Source: Rhabdothermincola salaria (GTDB taxonomy: Bacteria; Actinomycetota; Acidimicrobiia; Acidimicrobiales; Acidimicrobilacustridaceae). From it: a stretch of 64,000 bases of DNA. The DNA is taken from NCBI RefSeq assembly GCF_021246445.1, contig NZ_JAJQXW010000001.1, positions 1,754,168 through 1,818,167 of the forward strand, given 5' to 3'. A program made the translations under genes and the position numbers. Below, in pieces: positions 9,867 to 19,664 of the stretch. The notes below the pieces were generated by a model. The model saw only the letters and a program-made list of their open reading frames with translations. It was not told the DNA's origin and searched no databases. The first letter of the stretch is position 1. Each line of letters starts with the position of its first letter.

Positions 9867-11099
9867 ATGTGCGACACCGTCGGCCAGGTCCAGCCCACGC
9901 GGACCCTGTTCGCCAAGAACTCCGACCGACCGGCGGGCGAACCCCAGGTCATCGAGGCGTTCGGGGCCCGCACCCCCGGGTCGACGTTGCGCACGCAGTA
10001 CCTCGAGATCGCCGACGAGGGTGCCCTGCCGGTGCTCGGTTCACGACCCGACTGGCTGTGGGGCCTCGAGCACGGGGTCAACGCGGCCGGGGTGGCCATC
10101 GGCAACGAGAAGGTCTGGACCACCCGCGACGGCGATGCCCGCCGGCCGGCGCTCATCGGCATGGACCTCGTGCGCCTCGGCCTCGAGCGGGCCCGACGGG
10201 CCGACGAGGCCGTGGAGGTGATGGTGGAGCTGCTCGAGGCCCACGGCCAGGGGGGCGTCGCCGATGCCATCGACGACGAGGCCTACTACTCGTCGTTCCT
10301 CGTGCTCGACGGCCGGGGCGGGTGGGTGCTCGAGACGGTGGGGCGCACCTGGGCGGCCAAGCCGGTCGACGGAGCGGCTGCCATCTCCAACCGCATCTCG
10401 CTCGGCACCGACTGGACCCGCGCCTCGGCCGACCTGGCCCCCGGCGACGACTTCGACGCCCTGCGCGAGCCGGCCTGGGGCCCGGTGGCCGACGTCCGTC
10501 TGGCCTGCACCCTCCCGGCGGTCGCCGAGGAGGGGCCGCTCGAACCCGCCGATCTGGCCGGCCTGATGCGCCACCACGGGACGCGCCCCTGGGGAGCTCC
10601 GGGTGTGGGCGCCGCCACCGATCTCGAACCGCTCCCCTCGCCCGACGTCGGCCCCGACGGCACGGGCATCACCGTGTGCATGCACCTGCGGGGCTACCAG
10701 GCCACCGCGGCGTCGATGGTGGCCGAGCTGCCCGGCACCTCCGACCCGGACTTCCACGCCGACGCCCCGCCGGTGCGAGCCTGGGTGGCGCTCGGCAGCC
10801 CGTGTGCCAGCGTCTACGTGCCGGTGTGGGTCACCGACGGCGTGCCGGCCGCCCTCGCCGAGGTGGGCACCTGGTCGCGCTTCGCCGCCTTGCGCCAGCG
10901 GGTGGAGGAGGGCCCCGACGGCGGTCGAGAGGCGCTCAGCGAGGTGCGCGCCGTCCTCGCCCCCCTCGAGGCCGAGCTGTGGCAGGAGGCCGACGTGCTC
11001 CACCAGTCGGCCCGGTCCGCCGACGGCGACCGGCGAGCCGTGTTCGCCACCGACGCCTGGCGCCGCATCGACGAGGCCCTCACCACCCTCGGTGTCTGA
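9867..11099 (+). CDS. C69 family peptidase (secernin-like Ntn hydrolase)
   Basis: N-terminal MCDT nucleophile, FAKNSDR, WLWGLEHGVN..GVAIGNE, GMDLVRLGLER. Confidence 0.8.
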   Translation: MCDTVGQVQPTRTLFAKNSDRPAGEPQVIEAFGARTPGSTLRTQYLEIADEGALPVLGSRPDWLWGLEHGVNAAGVAIGNEKVWTTRDGDARRPALIGMDLVRLGLERARRADEAVEVMVELLEAHGQGGVADAIDDEAYYSSFLVLDGRGGWVLETVGRTWAAKPVDGAAAISNRISLGTDWTRASADLAPGDDFDALREPAWGPVADVRLACTLPAVAEEGPLEPADLAGLMRHHGTRPWGAPGVGAATDLEPLPSPDVGPDGTGITVCMHLRGYQATAASMVAELPGTSDPDFHADAPPVRAWVALGSPCASVYVPVWVTDGVPAALAEVGTWSRFAALRQRVEEGPDGGREALSEVRAVLAPLEAELWQEADVLHQSARSADGDRRAVFATDAWRRIDEALTTLGV

Positions 11100-11134
11100 G
11101 CCGGCCACTGCGTCGATGACGGTGCGGCGCCCGG

Positions 11135-12061
11135 TCAGGCAACCTGGCCGGTGGCGGCCGTGCGCAGGGCGCGCAGCAGGAGTGGGGCATCGCCCAGGCG
11201 GTGGCGCAGCTCCCGCTCGAGCCCCCCGATGGGCACCAGGTTCTGCGGGGCCCGAGGGTCCTTGTGGGGCGTGGACGCGAACCGGGGAAGGGTGGCGCCC
11301 AGACGTTCGGCCAGCGCCGCGGTCTCGGCCACCGGCCGGTCGGCGGGCACCTCGAGGCGCACCACGCCGTCCCAGCCGTGGGCCATCGCACAGGGCAGGC
11401 GCAGGTACCAGCTGAAGCGCGACACCGGCCCGTCGATCAACAGCATCGGCGTGCGCTCGCCCGGCGCCAGGCGGGTGACGACGTCGCGCACCAGCGGCGG
11501 GCCGTACGACGCCCGGTGGGTCTTGACGTAGCCGACGAACCCGGGGCGGTGGGCGCCGAGGCGCAACGGCCCGTCGACCACCACGACGTCGACGTCGACG
11601 GCGGCCAGGGAGACCTCGGCCTCGAGCTCGCCCATGGCCTGCTGCAAGCGCAGCGACAACGTGTCGGGGTCGTCGGCGGTGGTGGGGTGCAGGTCGAAGT
11701 GGCCGTGGCGGGTGGCGATGGGGGCGGCGCCCTCGGCAGGGGCGAACAGGCCCCGGCGCACGGCGGCGGCCACCACCCGGGCCGCGCCGTCGCAGCGCAC
11801 CACGCCGGCGGCGTAGGAGGCGCAGATCCCCTGGTGCACCTGGCCCTCGGCGTCGGTGATCCAGACGTTGGCCTCCACCCGGCGCACCCCGTCGACGAAC
11901 GCCACCGCACCGAGGGGCTCGGCCGCCCCGGAGGCCAGGGGGCCCCACCGGCCGGCATCGTGCTCGACCCAGGGGTCGACCTGGCGCTCGGAGGCCTCGA
12001 GGGCCGCCGCGTCGGTGGGGCTGCCGTAGTCGGGCGACCAGGACTCGACGGCGAAGCGCAT
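11135..12061 (-). CDS. nurA: NurA-family nuclease
   Basis: Acidic RNase H-like motifs AFVDGVRR and VVVDGPL, GYVKTH, C-terminal PRAPQNLVPIGGLE; last gene of herA-sbcD-sbcC operon. Confidence 0.7.
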   Translation of the reverse strand: MRFAVESWSPDYGSPTDAAALEASERQVDPWVEHDAGRWGPLASGAAEPLGAVAFVDGVRRVEANVWITDAEGQVHQGICASYAAGVVRCDGAARVVAAAVRRGLFAPAEGAAPIATRHGHFDLHPTTADDPDTLSLRLQQAMGELEAEVSLAAVDVDVVVVDGPLRLGAHRPGFVGYVKTHRASYGPPLVRDVVTRLAPGERTPMLLIDGPVSRFSWYLRLPCAMAHGWDGVVRLEVPADRPVAETAALAERLGATLPRFASTPHKDPRAPQNLVPIGGLERELRHRLGDAPLLLRALRTAATGQVA

Positions 12062-12074
12062 CGGCGGCAGCCCC

Positions 12075-14477
12075 TCAGCCGTCGACGCGCTGCACCGTGG
12101 AACCGGTGGCGGTCTTGGCGACGACGAAGCGGGTGGGGAGTCGCTCGGCCAGCTCGGTGACGTGGGTGACCAGACCGACGGTGCGCCCCTGGGCGCCGAG
12201 GTCCTCGATGGCCCCGGCCACGGTGTCGAGGGTGTCGCCATCGAGGGTGCCGAACCCCTCGTCGAGGAACATCGACTCGAGCCGGGCGGCGCCGCCGGCC
12301 CCGAGGTGGGCCACCTCCTCGGCCAACGCCAACGCCAGCGCCAGCGACGCCAGGAAGGTCTCGCCGCCGGACAGGGTGCGGGCCGAGCGGACGGCGTCGG
12401 CGTTGGCGTGGTCGATGACGCTGAAGTTGGACGTCTTGGGGTCGAGCGTGAGGGAGTAGGTGCCGGCGGAGAGGGCGTGGAGGATGCCGGTGGCGCCGGC
12501 CACCAGGTGGCGCAGGGCGGCGTCGAGCACCCACTTCTCGAAGCCGTTGGCGGCCAGGTGGCGACCGAGCTCCTTGGCCACCTCCTGGGCCTCGGCCAGC
12601 TCGGCCTCCCGGGCCTCGAGCTCGTCGCGCTGAGCCACCGCGGCCCGACGCCGTTCGAGGTCGGCTTCGACCTCGGCCCGGGCGTCGACGAGGACGTCGC
12701 GCACCGGTGCGCCCGTCATCGACACGCCGGCGGCGGCGCACGCCGCCACCAGCTCCTCGACCAGGGCCTCGGCCTCGGCCCGGACCTGCTCGGCCTCGGC
12801 CCGGTGCACGATCACCGCCTGTTCGGCCTCGGCCCGACGGGCGGCCGCCCAGGCCACCAGGGCGTCCCAGTCGGCGGCCAGGTCGTCGCGACCCGGTGCC
12901 GGTGGCGCCAGGCGGGCCACCGCATCGCGGGCGGCGTCGAAGTCGGCTCGCCCGGAGCGCTCGGCGGCGCGGGCGGCGTCCTCGGCCTGCTCGAGCTGGC
13001 GGCAGTGGGTGCGGGCGGTCTTGTCGGCGGTGCGGGCGGCGGCGAGGAGCTCCTCGGCCGCCGTCACCCGGTCCAGCAGCTCGGTGACCTCGTCCGGGCC
13101 CGGGGCGTCGGACAGCTCGGCGGCCAGGCGCTCGGCGGAGGTGACCACGTCGTCGAGCTTGTCGGCCACCCGCCGCAGCTCGCCCTCGGCGGCGGCGTGG
13201 GCGGCGCGGGCGTCGCGCTCGGCCTCGCGGCACCCGGCGAGGTGCTCGCTGGCCCTGGTGACGGCGTCGGCGTCGAGGTCGGGCAGGTGGGCCACCTCTC
13301 CCCCGCACACGGGGCAGGGGTCGCCGACGGACAGCCCTTCGGCGACCGACGCCACCAGGTGCTGGTGGCGGGCCCGCTGCACGGCGCCGTCGGCCTCGAC
13401 CACCGCCGCCTCGGCCCCCTGCAGGCGGGCACGAGTGTCGGCGACCTCGGCCCGGCGGTCGGCCAGCGTGGTCTCGCCCTTGGCCCGGGCCTTCTCGAGG
13501 CGGGCGAGCTCGTCGTGGGCCTTGGCCGTGGCGGCCAGCTCGATGCGTGGGGGCAGGGCCTGGAGGGCCTTCTCGGCGTCCTCGACGGCGGCCTCGGCGT
13601 CGTCTCGCCCGCGGCGGGCCTCGACCACGGCGGCGGCCGCCCGGGCCAGGGTGCCGGCGAGGTCGTCGACGCCAGCGGGGCGGACGATCCCGGCCAGGAG
13701 CGCCACCTCGCGCTCGGATTCGGTGGAGGCGGCGGCCGCCGCCTCGGCCCGGCGGGTCAGCTCGCTCTGGCGGTCGTGGTCGGCGTCGACCCGCTCGACC
13801 AGGGCGGTGAGCTGGCGAACCCGACCGGCCGACGCCTCGATGCGGGCGGGGTCGGCCAACGCGGAGGCGGCGGCCAGCTGGGACTGCACCAGCTCGCGCT
13901 GGGCCCCCGCGGTGGCTTCGCGCTCGCGGGCCAGACGCCGCATGCGGTCGTAGAGGCCGAGGTCGAGCAGCTCGACGAGGAGCTTCTGGCGGTCTCGTGG
14001 CTTGGCGTGCAGGAACTGGGCGAAGTCGCCCTGGGGCAGCACCACGCACACCGTGAAGTGCTCGTAGGTGAGCCCGAGCAGGCGGGTGACGGCGGCGGTG
14101 AGCTCGTCGGCCGTGCCGGCCAGCACCTCGTCGGCGCCGTGGGCACCCACGTGCTGGACCAGGCGCGCCTCTTTGGTGGTGGCCCCGTTGGCGGTGGCCC
14201 GCACCACCCGCACCGCGCTGAAGTGGTCGTCGCCGACGGAGAAGTCGAGACGGACCCGCGCTTCGATGCCGCCCTGACTGATGACCGGGGCCACCAGCCG
14301 GCGGTCGTCGTAGCGGGGCACCACGCCGTAGAGGGCGAAGCAGACGGCGTCGATGATGCTGGACTTGCCGGCCCCGGTGGGGCCGGTGAGGGCGAAGAGG
14401 TCGGCGCCGGCGAAGTCGACGACCGTGGGTTCGCGGAAGGTGGTGAAGCCGTGCAGCTCGAGGCGTTCAGGGCGCAT
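12075..14477 (-). CDS. sbcC: SbcC/Rad50 SMC-like ATPase
   Basis: Walker A GPTGAGKSS, Q-loop LPQGDF, long coiled coil with zinc hook CPVCG, LSGGE, FLDEGFGTLD, VTH. Confidence 0.92.
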   Translation of the reverse strand: MRPERLELHGFTTFREPTVVDFAGADLFALTGPTGAGKSSIIDAVCFALYGVVPRYDDRRLVAPVISQGGIEARVRLDFSVGDDHFSAVRVVRATANGATTKEARLVQHVGAHGADEVLAGTADELTAAVTRLLGLTYEHFTVCVVLPQGDFAQFLHAKPRDRQKLLVELLDLGLYDRMRRLAREREATAGAQRELVQSQLAAASALADPARIEASAGRVRQLTALVERVDADHDRQSELTRRAEAAAAASTESEREVALLAGIVRPAGVDDLAGTLARAAAAVVEARRGRDDAEAAVEDAEKALQALPPRIELAATAKAHDELARLEKARAKGETTLADRRAEVADTRARLQGAEAAVVEADGAVQRARHQHLVASVAEGLSVGDPCPVCGGEVAHLPDLDADAVTRASEHLAGCREAERDARAAHAAAEGELRRVADKLDDVVTSAERLAAELSDAPGPDEVTELLDRVTAAEELLAAARTADKTARTHCRQLEQAEDAARAAERSGRADFDAARDAVARLAPPAPGRDDLAADWDALVAWAAARRAEAEQAVIVHRAEAEQVRAEAEALVEELVAACAAAGVSMTGAPVRDVLVDARAEVEADLERRRAAVAQRDELEAREAELAEAQEVAKELGRHLAANGFEKWVLDAALRHLVAGATGILHALSAGTYSLTLDPKTSNFSVIDHANADAVRSARTLSGGETFLASLALALALAEEVAHLGAGGAARLESMFLDEGFGTLDGDTLDTVAGAIEDLGAQGRTVGLVTHVTELAERLPTRFVVAKTATGSTVQRVDG

Positions 14478-15645
14478 CGAGGGCCTCGTCGCGCTCGGCC
14501 CGCACGGCGTCGTCGTGGAGCTCGTCGAACAACGCCACCAGGCGGGGATCGTCGATGGCGCGCGCCGCCAGATAGCCGGCGAACTGCTGGCGCGGCGTGG
14601 TGCGCTCGGCCAGCAGGTCGTCGTCGGGGCGGGGCCCGGCGAGGCCGTCGGGCGGCTCCACCCGGATCTCGATGGCCTCCGGGAACAGCGCCCGCACCTC
14701 GTCGGCCAGGCCGGCCCGCCCCGGCTCTCGCACGACGACCCGCACGAAGCTGTCGTCGCCGTCGCGGACCTGCTGGGCCAGCTCGGCCACCGTGCCCGTG
14801 ACCGTGCGGAAGGCGCGTCCGCCGCCGAGGGCGATGGGCTCGACCCGCGCCGGGGTGCGGGGTAGGGCCTCGACCAGCAGGGCTCCCTTGAGGTCGTGCT
14901 GCTCTCCGAAGTCCAGCGCCAGCGGTGAGCCCGGGTACCAGATGGGGCACGGCCCGTGGATCTGCTGGCCGCGGTGCAGGTGGCCGAGCGCCACGTAATG
15001 GGCCGAGGCGGGGAAGGCCACCGACGGCAGGGCGTACTCGAAGATGGTGTGGGCGCTGCGCTCGCCGCCGCCGGTGACGGCACCGGCCACCATGGCGTGG
15101 GCCACCACGATGTTGACGGTGTGGTCCTCGAACCCGCTGGCCAGCACCTCGAGGATGCGGGCCATGCGGTCGGCGTAGGCCAGGGCGTGCTGGTCGGCGG
15201 CCGAGCCCATGAGCTCGTCGACGCCGACCACGTGGCGCTGGGACACGAAGGGCAGCAGCGCCAGGCGCACCGGCACGCCCCCGGCCTCGAGGGCCAGCAC
15301 CCCGCCCTGGTCGGGGGGCACGACGGTGGTGTGGAGGTGAACGTGGGAGTGGTCGAACACCGGAGCCACCGCGGCGAGGCGCCGCGGGTTGTCGTGGTTG
15401 CCCGAGACCACCACCACGGGGCGGCCCCCTCGCCCGAGGTCGAGCAGGGTGCGGTAGACGATGCGCTCGGCCTCCGGCGACGGCGCCGCCGAGTCGAACA
15501 GGTCGCCGACCACGACGACGAGGTCGACGTCCTCGGTGTCGGCCAGCTCGACCAGGTTGCCCAGCACGGCCTCGTGCTCGTCGGTGCGGCTCCGGCCCCG
15601 GATGGTCTTGCCCACGTGCCAGTCGGCGGTGTGCAGGAACCTCAC
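14467..15645 (-). CDS. sbcD: SbcD/Mre11 metallophosphoesterase nuclease
   Basis: HTADWHVG, GDLFD, GNHD, YVALGHLH, YPGSP. Confidence 0.93.
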   Translation of the reverse strand: MRFLHTADWHVGKTIRGRSRTDEHEAVLGNLVELADTEDVDLVVVVGDLFDSAAPSPEAERIVYRTLLDLGRGGRPVVVVSGNHDNPRRLAAVAPVFDHSHVHLHTTVVPPDQGGVLALEAGGVPVRLALLPFVSQRHVVGVDELMGSAADQHALAYADRMARILEVLASGFEDHTVNIVVAHAMVAGAVTGGGERSAHTIFEYALPSVAFPASAHYVALGHLHRGQQIHGPCPIWYPGSPLALDFGEQHDLKGALLVEALPRTPARVEPIALGGGRAFRTVTGTVAELAQQVRDGDDSFVRVVVREPGRAGLADEVRALFPEAIEIRVEPPDGLAGPRPDDDLLAERTTPRQQFAGYLAARAIDDPRLVALFDELHDDAVRAERDEALDAP

Positions 15646-17342
15646 GACGGCATCCCCGCGAAGGGGTCGTCGGGCTGGTCGACGGCCGCCGGGTTGGCCC
15701 CCGCCTCGCTGGCCCGGGTGGCCCAGGCCGGGAACGGGAACTGCACCATGAGCGGCACGGGCAGCTCGGGCTGGGCCAGGATCATGGTGCCGGGCTTGAT
15801 GATGGTGGAGCGCTGGCGTTGGGCGGTGGGCAGGAACCCGTACTCGCCGCGCCCGGCCTCGGCCGGGTCGAGGCGACCGACGACCCGGATGGCGGAGTTG
15901 GCCACGATGCGCCGCTCGACCTCGCTGGCCGTCTGCTGGGCGCCGATGAGCACGATGCCGAGCGAGCGACCGCGCTCGGCGACGTCGAGGAGGATCTCCT
16001 TGATGGGGCTCCAGCCCTCACGGGGGGCGTACTTGTTGAGCTCGTCGAGCACGACGAACTGCAGGGGGCGGGCGACGCCGGAGCGCTCCTTGGCCTCGAA
16101 CTGCTTGCGCAGCACCACGCCCACCACGAAGCGCTTGGCCCGGTCGTTGAGGTTGTGCAGGTCGACCACCGTGACCTGGGCGTCGTCGCGGACCTTGTGG
16201 CGATCGGGTTCGGGGACGTCGCCCCGCACGAGGTGCTCGACGTGGCGGGTGGCGCCGTTGAGCCGGCGGATGAAGGCGTTGATGGTGCCCTGGCCCACGG
16301 CCCGCCCGGCCCAGCGCTCCATCTCGAGGTCGTCCTCGAGCTTGGCGTGGATGACCTCGATGAGCTGGCGGAACGTGCGCACGGTGGTCCCGTCGACGGA
16401 CACCGCACCGTCGCCCACCGGGCGGGCGTCGGCGGCCAGGCGGGCGGTGACGTTGTGCACGACCAGCGTGTACTGGGCCCGGTCGTCCTCGGCGTCGGCG
16501 AAGAGGAAGGGCAACAGCTCGTCGCGGCAGAAGTCCTCGATGGTCCAGAAGAAGGAGGTGACCCCGAGGGTGCGGCTGGCCACGTCGGGCACGGCGTTGG
16601 GGTCACCTCGCCGGGGCGGGGCGAACACGCCCACGCTGGGGAAGGCACCCGGGCTGAGGCCCAGCGCGGCGTAGCGGGCCGCCTGGGTGGGCGACAGGGC
16701 GGTGTTGGCGTGGTCGAGGAAGAGGAGGTCCTCGCCCTTGACGTTGAACACCAGCGCCTTGGTGTTGACCGCTTCGGCTCCGAGCACGCCGGAGGTGAAG
16801 AGGCTGTAGAGCAGGAACGTGGCGTAGGTGGTCTTGGTGGCCACGCCCGAGACACCGCTGATGTTGACGTGGGCGCCCCGGGAGCCGTCGAGGAACTCGA
16901 GGTTGAGGTACACGGGCTCGTCGTCGCGGGACAGCCCGGCGGGCAGCAGGCGCTGCATGCCGTCGAAGAACAGGGCGTGGTCGCGCGCCTCGCCGGTGGC
17001 CTTCACCACCGGGGTGCCCGGCAGCGGCGGCACGAAGACCTCGGGCTCGAAGCGGGTGGCCTGCACCATGGCCGCCTCGCTCACCTCGGCGGGCAGCACA
17101 CCGTCGGCGATGAGGAAGACGTCGCTGTCGAAGCGGGCCCCCTCGTGACGGGCCCGGACCTGGCCGACCACCCCGGAGATGCGCACCGAGCGCCCGTCGG
17201 GCAGGGACCGTTCGCAGGTGACGACGTCGTCGAGTTGGAGGTAGGACTGTGGCGCCACGCCCACCCAGAACTCCAGCGGGGTGGCGTCGTCGGTGCCGAT
17301 GACCCGCCCGTCGGGAACCGAGACCTCCTCGTCGCCAGCCAT
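15642..17342 (-). CDS. herA: HerA-like DNA translocase ATPase
   Basis: N-terminal HAS-barrel-like region, variant Walker A HVNISGVSGVATKT, Walker B VVLDELNKY, ERGRSLG, AQQ. Confidence 0.82.
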   Translation of the reverse strand: MAGDEEVSVPDGRVIGTDDATPLEFWVGVAPQSYLQLDDVVTCERSLPDGRSVRISGVVGQVRARHEGARFDSDVFLIADGVLPAEVSEAAMVQATRFEPEVFVPPLPGTPVVKATGEARDHALFFDGMQRLLPAGLSRDDEPVYLNLEFLDGSRGAHVNISGVSGVATKTTYATFLLYSLFTSGVLGAEAVNTKALVFNVKGEDLLFLDHANTALSPTQAARYAALGLSPGAFPSVGVFAPPRRGDPNAVPDVASRTLGVTSFFWTIEDFCRDELLPFLFADAEDDRAQYTLVVHNVTARLAADARPVGDGAVSVDGTTVRTFRQLIEVIHAKLEDDLEMERWAGRAVGQGTINAFIRRLNGATRHVEHLVRGDVPEPDRHKVRDDAQVTVVDLHNLNDRAKRFVVGVVLRKQFEAKERSGVARPLQFVVLDELNKYAPREGWSPIKEILLDVAERGRSLGIVLIGAQQTASEVERRIVANSAIRVVGRLDPAEAGRGEYGFLPTAQRQRSTIIKPGTMILAQPELPVPLMVQFPFPAWATRASEAGANPAAVDQPDDPFAGMPS

Positions 17343-17436
17343 GGCGCCACCCTAGGCAGCCGCTGCGACACCGACGTCGACCCGGCCTGACGGATGATCG
17401 CACCAGGCGGTGGGCCGCTGGCTACTCTCTGCGGCC

Positions 17437-18288
17437 ATGAGTCGCTTCTCGAACAGCTGGACCCTCGCCAAGGAGAGCTGGGGGGTGCTGCGCCAGGACA
17501 AGGAGCTGGTGGCCATCCCGGTGGCCTCGGCCGCGATCAGCGTGGTGGTCGCCATCGTCTTCGGAGGCGGCGCCTACTTCACCCTCGAGACGGTCACCGA
17601 CCCCCAGGTGGGCGACTCCCTCGAACCCACCCCTCTCACCTACGTGGTCGGCGTCGTCGGCCTGCTCGTCATCGGCGTCGTGGCCCAGTTCTTCGCCGGC
17701 GTGCTCATCGCCGGGGCCAACGAGCGCCTCGCCGGCGGCAACCCGACGCTCGGCTCGGCCTTCGCCCTGGCCAAGAAGCACTTCTGGGCTCTCACCGGCT
17801 GGGCGGCCATCAACGTCACCGTCGGGCTCATCCTGTCGGCCATCGCCGATCGCACCGGGCCCCTGGGCGACATCGCCATGCGCCTCGTCGGCATGGCCTG
17901 GAACGTCGTCACCTGGCTCGCCGTGCCCGCCATCGTCATCGAGGGCCACGGTCCCATCGAGGGCGTCAAGCGCTCCGTCGAGCTGCTCAAGCGCACCTGG
18001 GGCGAGAACGTCATCGCCCAGGCCGGCCTCGGGATCATCGGCATGCTCGTCATGCTGGCCGGCATCGTCGTCTTCGGCGCCCTCAGCTTCGTGCTGCCGA
18101 TCGTGGGCATCCCGCTGCTCGTGCTCTACATCGCCGTGGCCAGCGCCATCCTCGCCGCCCTGGGCGGCATCTTCCGGGCGGCCCTGTACCGCTACGCCGT
18201 CGGCCTCCCCAACGGAGGGGCCTTCCCCGAGGCCGCCCTCGCCGGGGCCTTCAAGCCCAAGGGCAGCGGGTTCAAGAAGTTCATGTGA
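17437..18288 (+). CDS. membrane protein (DUF6159-like)
   Basis: About 6 TM helices; SWGVLRQDKEL and KRSVELLKRTWGE motifs. Confidence 0.65.
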   Translation: MSRFSNSWTLAKESWGVLRQDKELVAIPVASAAISVVVAIVFGGGAYFTLETVTDPQVGDSLEPTPLTYVVGVVGLLVIGVVAQFFAGVLIAGANERLAGGNPTLGSAFALAKKHFWALTGWAAINVTVGLILSAIADRTGPLGDIAMRLVGMAWNVVTWLAVPAIVIEGHGPIEGVKRSVELLKRTWGENVIAQAGLGIIGMLVMLAGIVVFGALSFVLPIVGIPLLVLYIAVASAILAALGGIFRAALYRYAVGLPNGGAFPEAALAGAFKPKGSGFKKFM

Positions 18289-18358
18289 TCCCGGCGCCCT
18301 CCGTGGCCGGGATTCCTCTCCTATCGTCTGGTCACTGAACCGACGAGAGGGCGATGAC

Positions 18359-19600
18359 GTGGCGCTGGTGCCGACGACGCTGGACGAGATCGACTACTGG
18401 GACCTCGACATGTTCGTCGACGGCGACCCCCACGCCGCGTGGGCCGTCCAGCGGCGAGAAGCCCCGGTGTGGTGGCACGACCGACCCGGTGGTGAACCGT
18501 TCTGGTCGGTCAGCCGCTACGACGACGCCAAGGTCGTCCACTCGCAGCCGACCCTGTTCAGCTCGCAGGCCGCCGGGATCGTCGTCCGCGACAGCCACCT
18601 GATGGAGAACCCGCGGGTGGGGGCCGGGATCAACCCCATGATCCACACCGATCCGCCCCGCCACGCCCCGTTGCGCAAGATCATCGCCCACAACTTCACG
18701 CCGCGCTCCATCGGCGAGCTGGAGGCCCAGATCCGCTCCTACGCGATCGAGTGCCTCGACGAGGCCGCCGAGAAGCGCGACGTCGACTTCGTCGTCGACA
18801 TCGCCCACCGGATCCCGGCCGCCATCGGGCTGTCGCTCATGGGCGTCCCTCGCGAGGACTGGGACCGGCTGGCCGAGCTCGAGCACCGCACCGTGACGCG
18901 CACCGACCCCGAGTTCGCCGGCGGCGGTGACCCCTACGAAGCGGCCAACGCCGCCAGCATGGAGCTCGGCCTCTACTTCTACGAGCTGCTCACCGCCCGG
19001 GCCGAGGATCCGGGCGACGACCTGCTCAGCCAGTTCCTGCGGGGCCGCATCGACGGCGACGAGCTCCCGGTGGCCCAGGTCGTCTCCGAAGCCGTGCTGT
19101 TGCTGGCCGGCGGGCTCGACACCACCCGGGCGGCAGCCTCGGCGGGGGCCATGCTGCCCCTGCTGCAGCACCCCGACCAGCTCTCGGCCCTGCGCGACGA
19201 CCCCGGTCTGCTCCCCGTCGCCATCGAGGAGTTCGTGCGCTGGTCGAGCCCGATCACCTCCGAGGCCCGCACCCTGACCGCCGACACCCAGCTCGGTGGC
19301 CACCAGCTCCGGGAGGGCGAGCGGGTGGTGGTGTGGTCGCCGTCGTGCAACCGCGACGAGGACGTGTTCGACGACTCCTTCCGCTACGACGTCCGGCGCC
19401 AGCCCAACCGCCACCTGGCCTTCGCCCACGGTGAGCACTTCTGCCTGGGCGCCCACCTGGCCCGCCTCACGCTCAAGGTGGAGTTCGAGGAGCTCCTCTC
19501 GCGCTTCTCGGCCTTCGAGCAGACCGGCGACGCGGTGCGGGTGCGCTCCAACTTCGTGGGCGGCCTCAAGCACCTCCCGCTCCACCTCACCCCTCGCTGA
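18359..19600 (+). CDS. cytochrome P450
   Basis: TDPPRH, I-helix AGGLDTT, ExxR (EEFVR), heme motif FAHGEHFCLG. Confidence 0.95.
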   Translation: MALVPTTLDEIDYWDLDMFVDGDPHAAWAVQRREAPVWWHDRPGGEPFWSVSRYDDAKVVHSQPTLFSSQAAGIVVRDSHLMENPRVGAGINPMIHTDPPRHAPLRKIIAHNFTPRSIGELEAQIRSYAIECLDEAAEKRDVDFVVDIAHRIPAAIGLSLMGVPREDWDRLAELEHRTVTRTDPEFAGGGDPYEAANAASMELGLYFYELLTARAEDPGDDLLSQFLRGRIDGDELPVAQVVSEAVLLLAGGLDTTRAAASAGAMLPLLQHPDQLSALRDDPGLLPVAIEEFVRWSSPITSEARTLTADTQLGGHQLREGERVVVWSPSCNRDEDVFDDSFRYDVRRQPNRHLAFAHGEHFCLGAHLARLTLKVEFEELLSRFSAFEQTGDAVRVRSNFVGGLKHLPLHLTPR

Positions 19601-19664
19601 GCTCAAAAGATCGACGGGGCAACGCCCCTGAAGCGACTCGCGGCTCGGCCGGGACGAGTGACCG

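Noticed and set aside
11135..17342. Wadjet or Lamassu SMC defence system
   Set aside because: SMC protein has a Rad50-type zinc hook and an SbcD partner; no kleisin/KITE/JetD or Lamassu effector recognised
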